Part shown: positions 30,375 through 40,848 of the stretch, piece after piece
How positions within the stretch are numbered: position 1 is the first letter of the stretch
Layout of the letters: every line of letters begins with the position of its first letter
IMG/VR virus record: IMGVR_UViG_3300026533_000002
Coordinates: 32,001 to 96,000 of that record
Origin: a virus
Length of the DNA stretch: 64,000 nucleotides
Direction: 5' to 3' (one strand)
The notes under the pieces: model-generated
What the model was told of the DNA's origin: nothing
The model's input: only the letters and a program-made list of their open reading frames with translations
Database searches by the model: none
Program-made: the position numbers and the translations under genes

Positions 30375-30995
30375 CTATTTAGCAGAACCTACATTAATAG
30401 TTGGTTGAGATGAGTTCTGTGCAATGTTAACACGAGCTTCTCTCTCTGCATCAATAGTCTTATTAGCTGCTACTAAAGAAGCTTCAAGATAAGATACTTT
30501 ATCAGTAAGAGTAGTAACTTTAGCTGCTACTTCAGCATTAGCTATTTGATGTTCAGCTGTCAATGCTTGAATCTTAGAGTCTAGTTCTCTTTTAGCTTCA
30601 TCTTTAAGCTGTTGCTTAATAGCTAAGATAGAAGCATCTGCTTGTGCTTGAATAGTAACTTCTTTATTCTCTAACTCAAGTAAGTCATCTCTGTTAATAG
30701 TAACTACATTACGAACTGTCAGTAATTTCTTTAATTCAACCTCTTCATTCTCACGAATCTTAAGTTTAAGCTCAACTTCTGCATTACGTACTTTAAGTGA
30801 ATACTCTTCATTTAAGCCTTGTAACTCAGCTTGTTTAGCATCAACTTCCTCGTTAATAGATGTAACTGTATCTTTAAACTTCTCAATAGAATTAAGAACT
30901 TTAGTTAAATCTGCTGCTGATTTCTCTAATGCTTTAGAAGCTTTTAAAGTCTCTACTGATGTTGCTTTACTTGGTGTTGTTTTCTGTACTGCCAT
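30375..30995 (-). CDS. coiled-coil protein
   Basis: 206 aa, heptad-rich A/E/K/L composition. Confidence 0.65.
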   Translation of the reverse strand: MAVQKTTPSKATSVETLKASKALEKSAADLTKVLNSIEKFKDTVTSINEEVDAKQAELQGLNEEYSLKVRNAEVELKLKIRENEEVELKKLLTVRNVVTINRDDLLELENKEVTIQAQADASILAIKQQLKDEAKRELDSKIQALTAEHQIANAEVAAKVTTLTDKVSYLEASLVAANKTIDAEREARVNIAQNSSQPTINVGSAK

Positions 30996-31039
30996 TGTTA
31001 AATGCCTTATATTAGTTTATGTGTATACTTATATACCGC

Positions 31040-32751
31040 TTACACTAAAGCGGACTTGCTATCAATTAACTTTAAAGTTTTAACTAGTAACTTAGCTTTA
31101 CTAAGTGTCTCCGCTTCGTCTGGTTTTGAGTTTGTACGAGCTTTATACTCTTCATATTCTCTGTAATATTCAGTTAATAAATCTTCTATAACTGTTAAGT
31201 TCTTAGCCTTATTCTCTAGCTTCCACATTTCTAAAGCTAGTATCCTATTAACTAAATGCCCTCCAGTCACAGCATTAGTAAAAGAATCTGAGTATGTGTT
31301 AAATACATGGTTATAATATTGAGTATTAGCTCCAACTATTTTAGCTAATCCAAATACAGCTGTGTATGTATTATGATCATGTATTACATTCTCTGTATAC
31401 TTAAATGTTTCTAAATACTCTTCATAAGTGAATAGGCTAGTTGCATTGCTGTTTACTTTTTTACTTGTTATCTGTTTACAGATGTACGACATATTATCTA
31501 GTATATAAGCAGGCAGTGATCTACTAGACTTAGAGTCGAATAGATGAACAAGATAAGCACTGTACCTATATTCCAGCACAAGTTCATCATCGTTTAACCT
31601 ACGTACTCCCCAATAATCTGATATACAGTCAGAAGCTCTAAGTAACTCCTCTATCTCTTTGATAGTAGTTACATCTTTAGCATAAGACATTGCTGCCTTG
31701 AATTCAAATAAGTTCATTATATTCCTTTAATTACTTTAGTAGCATATACATACTTTTGTCTAATATCTAGTACTTCTTCCTCATATACAGGCTTGTTTAT
31801 CTCATCTTTAAGTTGTTTAAGTAGCACATGTAGAGGAGAATCTTTCTTAGCTTGGATCTTATTTATTAGGGCAGTTAGTATCAGTATCTGATCTATTACT
31901 ACAGGTACTTGATCTTTTTTAATCCTTGTACTTCTGTCTAGGCCAGTTACAAACTTATGCATAGTGCTAGGCTGCATAGATTTAAAGTTCAATGATAATG
32001 GCAAGCCTAGCTCTTCTGCTACATTCCAATAAGCGTATATTGACATATAGAAATGTTTACTAACAGTGTCTTCTATTTCACTTGCTATTCTTTCAGTAGC
32101 ATCTTTATCATCACTAGAAAATCCTTCTATAACTTTAATTGGCCCACCCTTACACCATCTACATGTAGTTATTGTAAGTTCTACAAAGTCTTTTGATTTA
32201 GTAGAATGGTCCCATATAAGAGTTAAGAACTTCATACCTATCTCTGATGTGTCTACTTGTTTAAGGTATCTAATAGCATCTTTACCTGTTAGATTACTTT
32301 TTAAACTATTTAAATAGCGTTCAAATAAGTTATAAGCAAACATATCCATCTTTAACTCTTTCTTAGTCTCGTTAAATTTAGCTTCTCTTCTCTTCTCTAT
32401 CGCTTTATTTTTAAATGTAGTTAATAAGAAGTCACCTAACTGTTCTCTAGTCATAAATGATGACTCAACAACTACAGTACTTCCATACGCAGAACTATTT
32501 TCTATAGCTAACTTTGCTATAAGTATATTATCAGAATAATACTTATAATCTGTATGGTGTAAATGTATTTGATTAGCCACTAACTGCCAATATAGTTCTT
32601 CTGTATCTTCTTTTAGCTGCCTATATACAGAAGTCTTGTCTTCATTCGAGTTTAATACTCTAATAGCTTCTTTAGCTTTAGTAGTAGCTTCTTCGTCAGC
32701 TAGTACCTCTTCGAAGTACTTCTTAAAATCTTCATTAGCATTTGTGTGCAT
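31040..32751 (-). CDS. two hypothetical helical proteins (31040-31717, 31717-32751)
   Basis: 225 and 344 aa, translationally coupled. Confidence 0.6.
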
Positions 32752-32790
32752 ATCTATCCTTATTGTTTAATTTAGAGTAAAGCCTAAGCC

Positions 32791-34197
32791 TTACTCCATT
32801 GTTATATTAGTAACATCACCTTTTAACCCATTAACAGGATTATCAACAGGAGATACTAAAAATGTAGCTATCTTCTGCATCTTAGGAAACTTAGCCCAAG
32901 ACTGAGGTATATCAGAGTAGTTATCACTTAATGAAATGTAAATAACTTTACTAGGGTCTGGTATATCTGCTTTATCTATATAATCAAATATACAGTAATG
33001 AGAAGTACCTCCACAAGCATATCGTTTGCCCAGTGCTTCTTGGAACTGAGGGTCTTTAGTGATATCAGTATCAGATTCTAATATAAACTCTTTTACTACT
33101 TCAGTATCATGTACTAGTACAGTAACCTTAGAAATCTTCCTACTATTCTCCTTAATGATATAAAGTAACTTAGCCATATCCTCTTCATTCATAGAACCAC
33201 TATGGTCTAATGATAAGAATATCTCAATAGAACTATTAGTAAATGTCTTATTAGGGCTTTTGAACTTATGTCTATAGATATTATTTAATGAGGACCAACT
33301 AGATGAGAAGTCATTAGTAGCATAGTATACTCTTCGTTGAAATGCTTTCTTAATCTTCTTAAACCAACCAGTCTTAGTCTTCTTAGCAGCAAACACTGCT
33401 CCAAAGATTTCAGCTGAAGCACATCCTTTAGAAGCTTCTCTTAAACCATCTTCAATAGTTTCACCTATATCTACTATATGAGCATCATACTCATCGTTTA
33501 CAAGCTCAAAGTCAGTAATCTTTACTAAGTCATCATCTACAAAGACAAAGCCTTCTAGGCTATCTACTGGCTCAATTATAGGTGAGTAAGTATTAACTAC
33601 ATCAGCCATTACCTCTATATCTACCTTATCTTTATAGAACTCATTAAATCGTTGTAACTCTAATACTTCATTAATAGGTTTCTTAATACCTGCGTTATAG
33701 AATAACTCTCTAATAGGTAAGTTTACTTCGTAATGACTAGCTGCAGTAATGTAATGTAAATAGTCCATTTTAGATAGGTATTGGTCGTATTTAGATATAA
33801 CTTTACTCATCTTCTTATAATGAGCTACTGTCTGATGTCCTCTAGTAAGTCTTAATAACTCTCTTAAGTATAAGTAAGTAATAAGAGTATAATTCTTAGT
33901 AACTGACTTATGTAACATCTTTAATTGCTTCTCATTAGAGTAGAAGAATGTAAAGAACATCTCAGTAGAATTATCATGCTTTAAATAAGCAGATAAGTTA
34001 GATGTTAATGAATACATACTCTTCTTAGGTTTAGGTACTTCTGGTAACTTTCTTAACTCTACTCTAATAGGTACATTAAGAAATAAGCCAAATGCAGCTT
34101 GAGCTGTCTTAGAACCTGCAACAATACTATTTAACTGAATAGCTATCTCTTGGTAGATAACTCTTTCTGTTGATCTTAAAAACTCTTCTTTCTTCAT
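32791..34197 (-). CDS. DUF2201-like VWA-domain protein
   Basis: MIDAS LDHSGSM, DTEV, GGTS, LSD; downstream of MoxR-like ATPase. Confidence 0.75.
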   Translation of the reverse strand: MKKEEFLRSTERVIYQEIAIQLNSIVAGSKTAQAAFGLFLNVPIRVELRKLPEVPKPKKSMYSLTSNLSAYLKHDNSTEMFFTFFYSNEKQLKMLHKSVTKNYTLITYLYLRELLRLTRGHQTVAHYKKMSKVISKYDQYLSKMDYLHYITAASHYEVNLPIRELFYNAGIKKPINEVLELQRFNEFYKDKVDIEVMADVVNTYSPIIEPVDSLEGFVFVDDDLVKITDFELVNDEYDAHIVDIGETIEDGLREASKGCASAEIFGAVFAAKKTKTGWFKKIKKAFQRRVYYATNDFSSSWSSLNNIYRHKFKSPNKTFTNSSIEIFLSLDHSGSMNEEDMAKLLYIIKENSRKISKVTVLVHDTEVVKEFILESDTDITKDPQFQEALGKRYACGGTSHYCIFDYIDKADIPDPSKVIYISLSDNYSDIPQSWAKFPKMQKIATFLVSPVDNPVNGLKGDVTNITME

Positions 34198-34218
34198 ATT
34201 AATCCTTTATATTAGTAC

Positions 34219-35394
34219 CTAGATTATATATCTAGATACTTTACTCATTAACTCATCTGCATTAGTAAACTTATACTTAAATGCTTTAGTTAACTGAGCT
34301 TTAGTAGCTTTACTGTATAGCTTCACATCAGCCTTATTACCTAATAGTATATCTATTACTACTCTTACACCGTCTGACAGTTCATCACCATTACTAGTGT
34401 ATTGTGAGTATAAGTTACCTAATACAAATGCTACAAAGGCTTCTTCATCCTTATTAGCTTCTATTAGATCCATTAAATACACACCATCTGCAATAGTACT
34501 AATAAAGTTAACTACATAAGGGTAAGTCATAATATCAATAGTAGACATAGTAGACATATCTTTTACATCTTTATCTTTTACCATCTTATTAAAGTCAATA
34601 GCATCTATATAAGCTACATGACTATGAAAGTCTTTAGCTCTTTCTTTAGACATCTGCATACCAGCAATAGTATCTGCATTATGCAATACAAAGTCATTAG
34701 GATACATAGGTAACTCAGTAGCAATAGCAGTCCAAGCTCTAGCAGTAGCATAACCTTCTACACTAGTAGACTCTTCTTCCATTATACCTTTAGGCTTAGC
34801 TCTTAGGTATGAAGCTACACGGTAATCTAAGTTCTTACCAAAAGAGTCAAACCACCAATCAAAGTTAAACTCAACTTCTAAGATACTCATACGATTACGT
34901 ACAGCAGAGTTTATACCACCAAATCCTGCTTCTGTACTTGTATTCATAGTACCTAAGATTACAACATTATCAGGTAGTTTATAGTTACCTAACATTCTTT
35001 GTAATAGTAACTTATAGAAATAAGCTTGTAAATGAGGAGCTACCATATGAAAATCATCTAATAGTAAGATAGTATCCTTCTCTTCTGCTAAGTCCATAGT
35101 ATTAGCCATTATCTCTGGTATACTCCATTTAGTAGCATTAACATCCTCATCAATTACAGAGTACTTATTATACTTAGTGGCTTTATATTCATCAGGTAAC
35201 CCATTTAAAACCTCTATTGTAATGCTGGGAGCCGATACATCTAATAGATTCATATCTAGATTCTTAGCTATTACACTTATTGCACTAGATTTTCCAGAAC
35301 CTGGCGACCCTGCAATAAACAGTGGTGATGTGCTTTTATTAAGTAGTTGCGATTTGATGTTTGTTTCTATAATTGTTATGTCTTTATTAGTCAT
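34219..35394 (-). CDS. MoxR-like AAA+ ATPase
   Basis: GSPGSGKS, LLLDD, SAVRNR, ARAW. Confidence 0.8.
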   Translation of the reverse strand: MTNKDITIIETNIKSQLLNKSTSPLFIAGSPGSGKSSAISVIAKNLDMNLLDVSAPSITIEVLNGLPDEYKATKYNKYSVIDEDVNATKWSIPEIMANTMDLAEEKDTILLLDDFHMVAPHLQAYFYKLLLQRMLGNYKLPDNVVILGTMNTSTEAGFGGINSAVRNRMSILEVEFNFDWWFDSFGKNLDYRVASYLRAKPKGIMEEESTSVEGYATARAWTAIATELPMYPNDFVLHNADTIAGMQMSKERAKDFHSHVAYIDAIDFNKMVKDKDVKDMSTMSTIDIMTYPYVVNFISTIADGVYLMDLIEANKDEEAFVAFVLGNLYSQYTSNGDELSDGVRVVIDILLGNKADVKLYSKATKAQLTKAFKYKFTNADELMSKVSRYII

Positions 35395-35497
35395 TATTAA
35401 TCCTTTTATTTAATCTTATTATGCTGGTGTATACGTTGTTTTAAGAGGTGTATAAGCCTCTAAACTGCTAACAGGTACTATGACATACCTGAAGCAG

Positions 35498-35521
35498 TAT
35501 AATGCCTTGCAAGGCATTATA
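35498..35521. repeat. perfect 24-bp palindrome TATAATGCCTTGCAAGGCATTATA
   Basis: Read directly; intergenic. Confidence 0.9.
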
Positions 35522-35525
35522 TGGT

Positions 35526-36569
35526 CTAGATAAACTTAGATAGGTCGAATTTCTTAATAGTTTTAGTTAAGTAAACTGTGCCATGATGATTATCACTGTA
35601 TATCAGATTATTACCTTCTACATATTTTAAATCATTACTACCGAAGTACTTATTATTAAACTCGTCTTCAGCAGGGAATATCTCAATATCGTAGTTATTA
35701 TCTAATTCTAAGTTATGTATAGTTTCTAATGGTACTTCAGTTCCGTCAGTATGCAATAACTTAGTAATAGTGTAAACTTCTCTATCACCAGATGAAACAT
35801 CTATGTTCAAGTCTTCTATTAAAGTTAGGATTAACTGCTCAGGGAATCTATTAGATTCTTCTATAATAGCATCAAGTATATCGAATGTAAACATTTTAGC
35901 TGTTCTATACACATACACAATCTCATCAACTCTTTCAGACTCTAATTTAGCTTCACATACTTTACGTATTACATCTTCAGGTAGCTTACCATATTCAAAG
36001 CTATACAGCATACGTCCAGGTCTATCTTTTAGGAACTCACTGATATGTCTTTTATAGTTATCAATAACTATAGATAAGCGTTTAGACGATGCTACTCCGT
36101 CAAAGAAGGACAGTAATGCATCTTGCGTGCTATTCCCATCTCTCCCTTTATACACTTTAGCAAACTCATCAAATATTACTACCACTACACCTAAGTCATT
36201 GATAAAAGTATTGAATGAATCACCGCTATAAGACTCATTAACTAATACTACTGGAGTACCTTGAGCGATGGCCATATTAGCTACTCTTTTAGCTAACTGT
36301 GTCTTACCACTTCCACGAGTCCCTGCTAATAATACTCCTGTTGCAGCATCTCTTACATTAAATGCTTTAATGATCTTACCAGCTCTTTCTTCTGTGTTAC
36401 CGTATAGAGTAGGCTCACTAAATTTATCTTTACTTATTTCTAAGTAGTAAGTACCTGATAATGGTTCTTGACATACTGTATAAACTTTAGGAGCTAACTT
36501 AGTAACTAACCCATCCTCATTGAACTTAATTACTTTTACTATATCACCTGTTGTTGAAAATCCATGCAT
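35526..36569 (-). CDS. AAA+ ATPase
   Basis: GTRGSGKT, IFDEFAK, DRPGR. Confidence 0.85.
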   Translation of the reverse strand: MHGFSTTGDIVKVIKFNEDGLVTKLAPKVYTVCQEPLSGTYYLEISKDKFSEPTLYGNTEERAGKIIKAFNVRDAATGVLLAGTRGSGKTQLAKRVANMAIAQGTPVVLVNESYSGDSFNTFINDLGVVVVIFDEFAKVYKGRDGNSTQDALLSFFDGVASSKRLSIVIDNYKRHISEFLKDRPGRMLYSFEYGKLPEDVIRKVCEAKLESERVDEIVYVYRTAKMFTFDILDAIIEESNRFPEQLILTLIEDLNIDVSSGDREVYTITKLLHTDGTEVPLETIHNLELDNNYDIEIFPAEDEFNNKYFGSNDLKYVEGNNLIYSDNHHGTVYLTKTIKKFDLSKFI

Positions 36570-36579
36570 TAATTATTCC

Positions 36580-36999
36580 TTATATTTCTTTTAAGACACC
36601 TCTTATATAGTGTCCATATTCTTTACACTTAGCTTCTAGTTCTAAGTACTCTTCTATAAACTCATCTGACACAAACATATCAATAAATACTTCAATATCA
36701 TAATGAGCTTCATCATCCATAATAGCTTCTACCTTAGCATCATTACATTCTTGCAGTAATTCATACTCTTTCTCTTCACTCATAATTAAACTCCATTAAT
36801 ACATCCTTCTATAGAAATTAAATAACTTATAAGCAGGACCTACAGTAGTCTTATCTCCACATATCCCGCAAACACCTTTCCTTACTGTCAACACATCAGC
36901 ATAAGGAGGTTGTTTACTATGTACGTCAGCACAAGGTAGGCAAACTAACTTAATGTTACCTTCCTTGACTTCATTATTGTAATCCATTACTTGTTCCAA
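36580..36999 (-). CDS. two small ORFs (36580-36783 acidic; 36796-36999 with CxxC...CxxC)
   Basis: ORF track, packed arrangement. Confidence 0.5.
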
Positions 37000-37583
37000 G
37001 TACTAAACATAGCATCTGTAAATACTACTGGGTAAACTTCTTGCAACTGTTTAAATATTTCAGTAGCAATAGCTCTTACTTCTTTTTGTGCTCTAGGTGA
37101 TAATCTTAAATTAAAGAAGTCCCAATAAGCTTGTAAGTTACCAGTCAATACCATTGACGTAGACACATTAGTAGACAACACTGCTCTAGCATCTTCCTTC
37201 TTAACACCTAAATCTCTTAACTTATTATAAGTAGTTACTGAAGACTCCCATTGAGCTAACATTAGCTTCTCTTGTTCTTCAGTTAAATCTTTAGGCATTA
37301 TAAAGTTAGACCCGTCTTTATTAATATCTACATATCTTAATGATCTAACCATAAAATCCATATGACTACCACTTCTAAGAATATGTACATGAGCTGGTAC
37401 AGATATATCTTCTATCTTAAATGTTGCATAAGCAAATCTAAGTGCAGATAGGTGTTTATGGTCATGTATCAGTGTAGAGGTAATATCTTTACCTCCATCT
37501 TCTAGTGACTTAGTGTTATAGCAGGTTTTAGCAGTCTCACCTATAAACTCTGCTGGTGTCGACATTATTAGTTCTATATTCAT
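36987..37583 (-). CDS. thyX: flavin-dependent thymidylate synthase
   Basis: H-x-S-x-L...ATF-x-I, SLRY, EDARAVL, GN-x-x-x-x-x-x-F-x-x-LR, AQ-x-EVR. Confidence 0.85.
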   Translation of the reverse strand: MNIELIMSTPAEFIGETAKTCYNTKSLEDGGKDITSTLIHDHKHLSALRFAYATFKIEDISVPAHVHILRSGSHMDFMVRSLRYVDINKDGSNFIMPKDLTEEQEKLMLAQWESSVTTYNKLRDLGVKKEDARAVLSTNVSTSMVLTGNLQAYWDFFNLRLSPRAQKEVRAIATEIFKQLQEVYPVVFTDAMFSTWNK

Positions 37584-37584
37584 A

Positions 37585-38952
37585 TTAATCCTTTAGTTTA
37601 ACCCATGAAGGTAATGTGCCTACCTCTGGGTGTGATTTACTACTAACTACACTAGTAATATACTCAGCATCTTTAGTAACTTTATCTCTTAGCTTAATAG
37701 TCTTTTCTTCTACCATCTTAGCTGTACGAGAACCTCTAGTTAATGAATCTGCTATATACTTAGATGTATGTGTATCATTTATTTGCATATCCATTAATTC
37801 CTCTATAACTTTATGTGAGTTATTAGATGTGTCTTCTGCTACAGAAGTAATTAGATCAGTTACACTGGTATACATACTCTGTGAATCTTGCAATGTACCT
37901 AATACACTGGCTAGAGCCATCTCATCAGTCAAATCTGTCTTAAGTGATGGTAAGTCTTTACCAAATGCTAATATAGTTCCTTGGGCTGCTATAATCACAG
38001 CCTCTAGTTTAACTACCCTAGCTCTTAGCTTCTCTGCTGAAGACTTTATCTGTGTATCTAATGCTAACTCAGAAGTTGGTATATCAATCTGATACTGGTA
38101 TTTAGCTAATGCTTCTGTTGATACTACTACTAATTCATCTAATGCAGTTATCTGCGCTAGTAGTAGTACTCTTGAGTGTTGTAGCTGTTCTCCAGCTTTA
38201 AGTAACTCATCATACTTAACACTTACAAGTCCAAATAAGCTATCTATTGACTCTTGTATAGATCTACCTATACTAACTTTATCTACTAAAGATTTAGTCC
38301 AACCTGTGCTATACGCAAATCTACGGAATGCTGCAGTGTACTTATTATCTTCAGAACTAGCTAAAGTTCTAATCTCAGACTCAGCTTTAATAAACATCTT
38401 AGCCAACTCATCTTTGTCTGCTAGGATAGAGTCAGCATTAATACTTTCATTAATCTCTGAAACAGTGCCAATAACTCTTAGATACTCATCTCTCAAGTCA
38501 CTAGTCTTACTAGTAATAATACTAATTGGCTCTACTTCACTTAGTCCTTTACTTCCATTGAACTTAGCTCCTTCTTCTACTAATACTTCATCTAAGTTCT
38601 TACTGTCTAACATTGCATCTAATGCTTTTGTAACTTCTCTAACTACTTGAGAGCCATAAGAAGCCATTAGTGGGATATAAGTTATGCTATTAGTAATTTC
38701 CAATGCTTCAAACTCTATATACCATGACTTATTTTCTAGCACTATTACCTGTATCTCTACTTCAATACCTCTATGAGTTATCTTTTTAGAAGTGGCAAGA
38801 GCTTCCTTATACCTAGCAGTTGTACTTCTACCTTCTTCAGTGGTATAATAAGCACACTCCATAACAGATGGTGATAGTTCCATTAACATTAAATAGCAGA
38901 TATCATTATCCCAAGCTAATATACCTGGAGTTATTTCTTTTAATCTTTTCAT
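37585..38952 (-). CDS. long coiled-coil protein, possibly TelA/toxic-anion-resistance-like
   Basis: Extended helical C-terminal two thirds; family assignment weak. Confidence 0.4.
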   Translation of the reverse strand: MKRLKEITPGILAWDNDICYLMLMELSPSVMECAYYTTEEGRSTTARYKEALATSKKITHRGIEVEIQVIVLENKSWYIEFEALEITNSITYIPLMASYGSQVVREVTKALDAMLDSKNLDEVLVEEGAKFNGSKGLSEVEPISIITSKTSDLRDEYLRVIGTVSEINESINADSILADKDELAKMFIKAESEIRTLASSEDNKYTAAFRRFAYSTGWTKSLVDKVSIGRSIQESIDSLFGLVSVKYDELLKAGEQLQHSRVLLLAQITALDELVVVSTEALAKYQYQIDIPTSELALDTQIKSSAEKLRARVVKLEAVIIAAQGTILAFGKDLPSLKTDLTDEMALASVLGTLQDSQSMYTSVTDLITSVAEDTSNNSHKVIEELMDMQINDTHTSKYIADSLTRGSRTAKMVEEKTIKLRDKVTKDAEYITSVVSSKSHPEVGTLPSWVKLKD

Positions 38953-38983
38953 TTCTATCCTTATTTTTAAATTAGAGTTAGAG

Positions 38984-40459
38984 CTAAGAATTTAATCTTG
39001 CTCTAATCTCTTCTAGTGTTACTGTTGTTAAGACTTTACCGTCTTTATATACAGGCTTTAGAAGCCCTTCAGCCTCTTCTTCTACTGTACATTGGTCTTT
39101 GTATGATAAATCATTATTGACTTTAATAAGCCCCTTAGCTGACCGTTTACCACTATCAGTTTTAGGTTCTTTACTCACATCAATAGATTTACCGCCTACA
39201 ATACAGTGAGTTGCTTTTATGGCAAATCCTAGCGTATCTCTAGTAATCATTTGCTGTGCATATGCTCCAGCTCCTACCACTAAGTTATCAGAACTAAAGC
39301 CCATAGTTTCCATACGAGCTAAAATAGCTTCATACTTATTAGGAGGAATAGCATCACCATAAATAATACCAATATGAGGATCTAGTACTTTATAACCTTT
39401 AGAGTTAGTAATACCTCCGAATATATTCCATAATGCTCTTAGTAGTCCTAATCTTTCATATTTAGTACCAGCTTCTAAGTCTCCGCAGATTACATCAATA
39501 GGTAATCCACTATCTGGTCTAATTACTAGCTTGCCTTCTCTACTAGTAATTACATCCTTTAATGCAGGTAAGTTATGCTCGATAACTCCCCAGAAGTCGT
39601 AACTATCACTTACTACACTAACAATACCTGTAGGAGCTATTTCAGTAAGTAACTTAGTAAGATACTGTTTCTCAGCTTCTAATTTATCACCTCCAATAGT
39701 ATTGATGTTAATAGTCATAGAACTATGCTCAGTAGCCATTACACTGTTTCCACAGCTTACATCAGCATCATAGTAGTACTTAGCTCCTAGTACAGCTTGA
39801 ACTGTATCAGTACCATTGAAGCAAGTAAGATGAGCAATAGAGCTAGTACTCCACTCATTAGAACTTCCTAAACCTCTAGCAGCAAAGTCATGTACTTGCC
39901 AAGGCATAAAGTCAGCAGTGTCAGCAGTAAGCTTGTTATACTTACTAAGAGTTCTCTTATACTCGTAAGCACTTGTAGCCATAGTTATAGGCTTCCATAT
40001 ATTACTTGATAAGTAAGTCTCTAAGTAGTTTACTAACCAAGCAAAGTTATCATGAGTATTAGTGATAGTGAAGATAGGAGTCTTGATAGGAGACCTAGTA
40101 CCTTCATCTAAAGCTTTTATACTAATAGGTAAATAACCTAACTCATGTAATTCTTTCCACATAGATACATCTACTTCTGCTAAACCTAACATACCTTTCA
40201 ATACATTAGTGTATTCACTAGTAATATCATTAATATCAGCTTCAAAGAAGTTAGTTTGCCATTCTTCTTGTAATTTAGTTACTAATGCTTTAATACCAAA
40301 TACAACTACCTTATCATCAAAGCCATCAGCTTTAAGACTAAAGTGTTTACTACTACGAGGTGTTAAGTTAGAGTACATAGAAGTCATCTCTTTAGGATAC
40401 TGAGCTCTATGTCCTAACTTATAAGCATCTACACTTAATGTTGGGTTTAATTTAATCAT
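38984..40459 (-). CDS. nicotinamide phosphoribosyltransferase homolog (Nampt/Namat-like)
   Basis: DAYKLGH-x-x-QYP, HDF-x-x-RG, GTDT, ATEHS, VSDSYD, IRPDSG, IYGDAI, TRDTLGFAIK, K-x-PKTD. Confidence 0.92.
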   Translation of the reverse strand: MIKLNPTLSVDAYKLGHRAQYPKEMTSMYSNLTPRSSKHFSLKADGFDDKVVVFGIKALVTKLQEEWQTNFFEADINDITSEYTNVLKGMLGLAEVDVSMWKELHELGYLPISIKALDEGTRSPIKTPIFTITNTHDNFAWLVNYLETYLSSNIWKPITMATSAYEYKRTLSKYNKLTADTADFMPWQVHDFAARGLGSSNEWSTSSIAHLTCFNGTDTVQAVLGAKYYYDADVSCGNSVMATEHSSMTININTIGGDKLEAEKQYLTKLLTEIAPTGIVSVVSDSYDFWGVIEHNLPALKDVITSREGKLVIRPDSGLPIDVICGDLEAGTKYERLGLLRALWNIFGGITNSKGYKVLDPHIGIIYGDAIPPNKYEAILARMETMGFSSDNLVVGAGAYAQQMITRDTLGFAIKATHCIVGGKSIDVSKEPKTDSGKRSAKGLIKVNNDLSYKDQCTVEEEAEGLLKPVYKDGKVLTTVTLEEIRARLNS

Positions 40460-40848
40460 TGTTTTATTTCCTTTATTACTTGTTGTAGAGTTTCAACTGC
40501 ACCACCTAGATGAGCTGAATCATCTAATAGTAGATTGAAGTGTGGTTTAATAGTAACTTCACCTAAGTCTATCGGAGACTTGTTAATGTAGTCAAATACT
40601 AAACCATTAGCTTTGCAGTTATCAATTATCACATCTAGTCTTTTTGTATTAGAAGTCCATAGACATAGTTTACATCCTAAGTTCTGAGCTTCTAATACTA
40701 AGTCTGATATACCTTTATAGTATTCACCGGTTTCTAAGTCACATAAGGTATTATCATAGTCTACACCAATGACAAGTGACTTATGTTCTTCGTATTGCTT
40801 AACTAGCTTAGATACTCTATTCTCAGTTAGTAAGTAGGGATTACTCAT
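40456..40848 (-). CDS. HAD-superfamily phosphatase-like protein
   Basis: VDYDNTL, LWT, KP, LDD. Confidence 0.7.
   Translation of the reverse strand: MSNPYLLTENRVSKLVKQYEEHKSLVIGVDYDNTLCDLETGEYYKGISDLVLEAQNLGCKLCLWTSNTKRLDVIIDNCKANGLVFDYINKSPIDLGEVTIKPHFNLLLDDSAHLGGAVETLQQVIKEIKQ

Noticed and set aside
31040-32751. Possible paralogy of the two adjacent helical proteins
   Set aside because: Only vague similarity in the C-terminal helices; cannot be supported by eye
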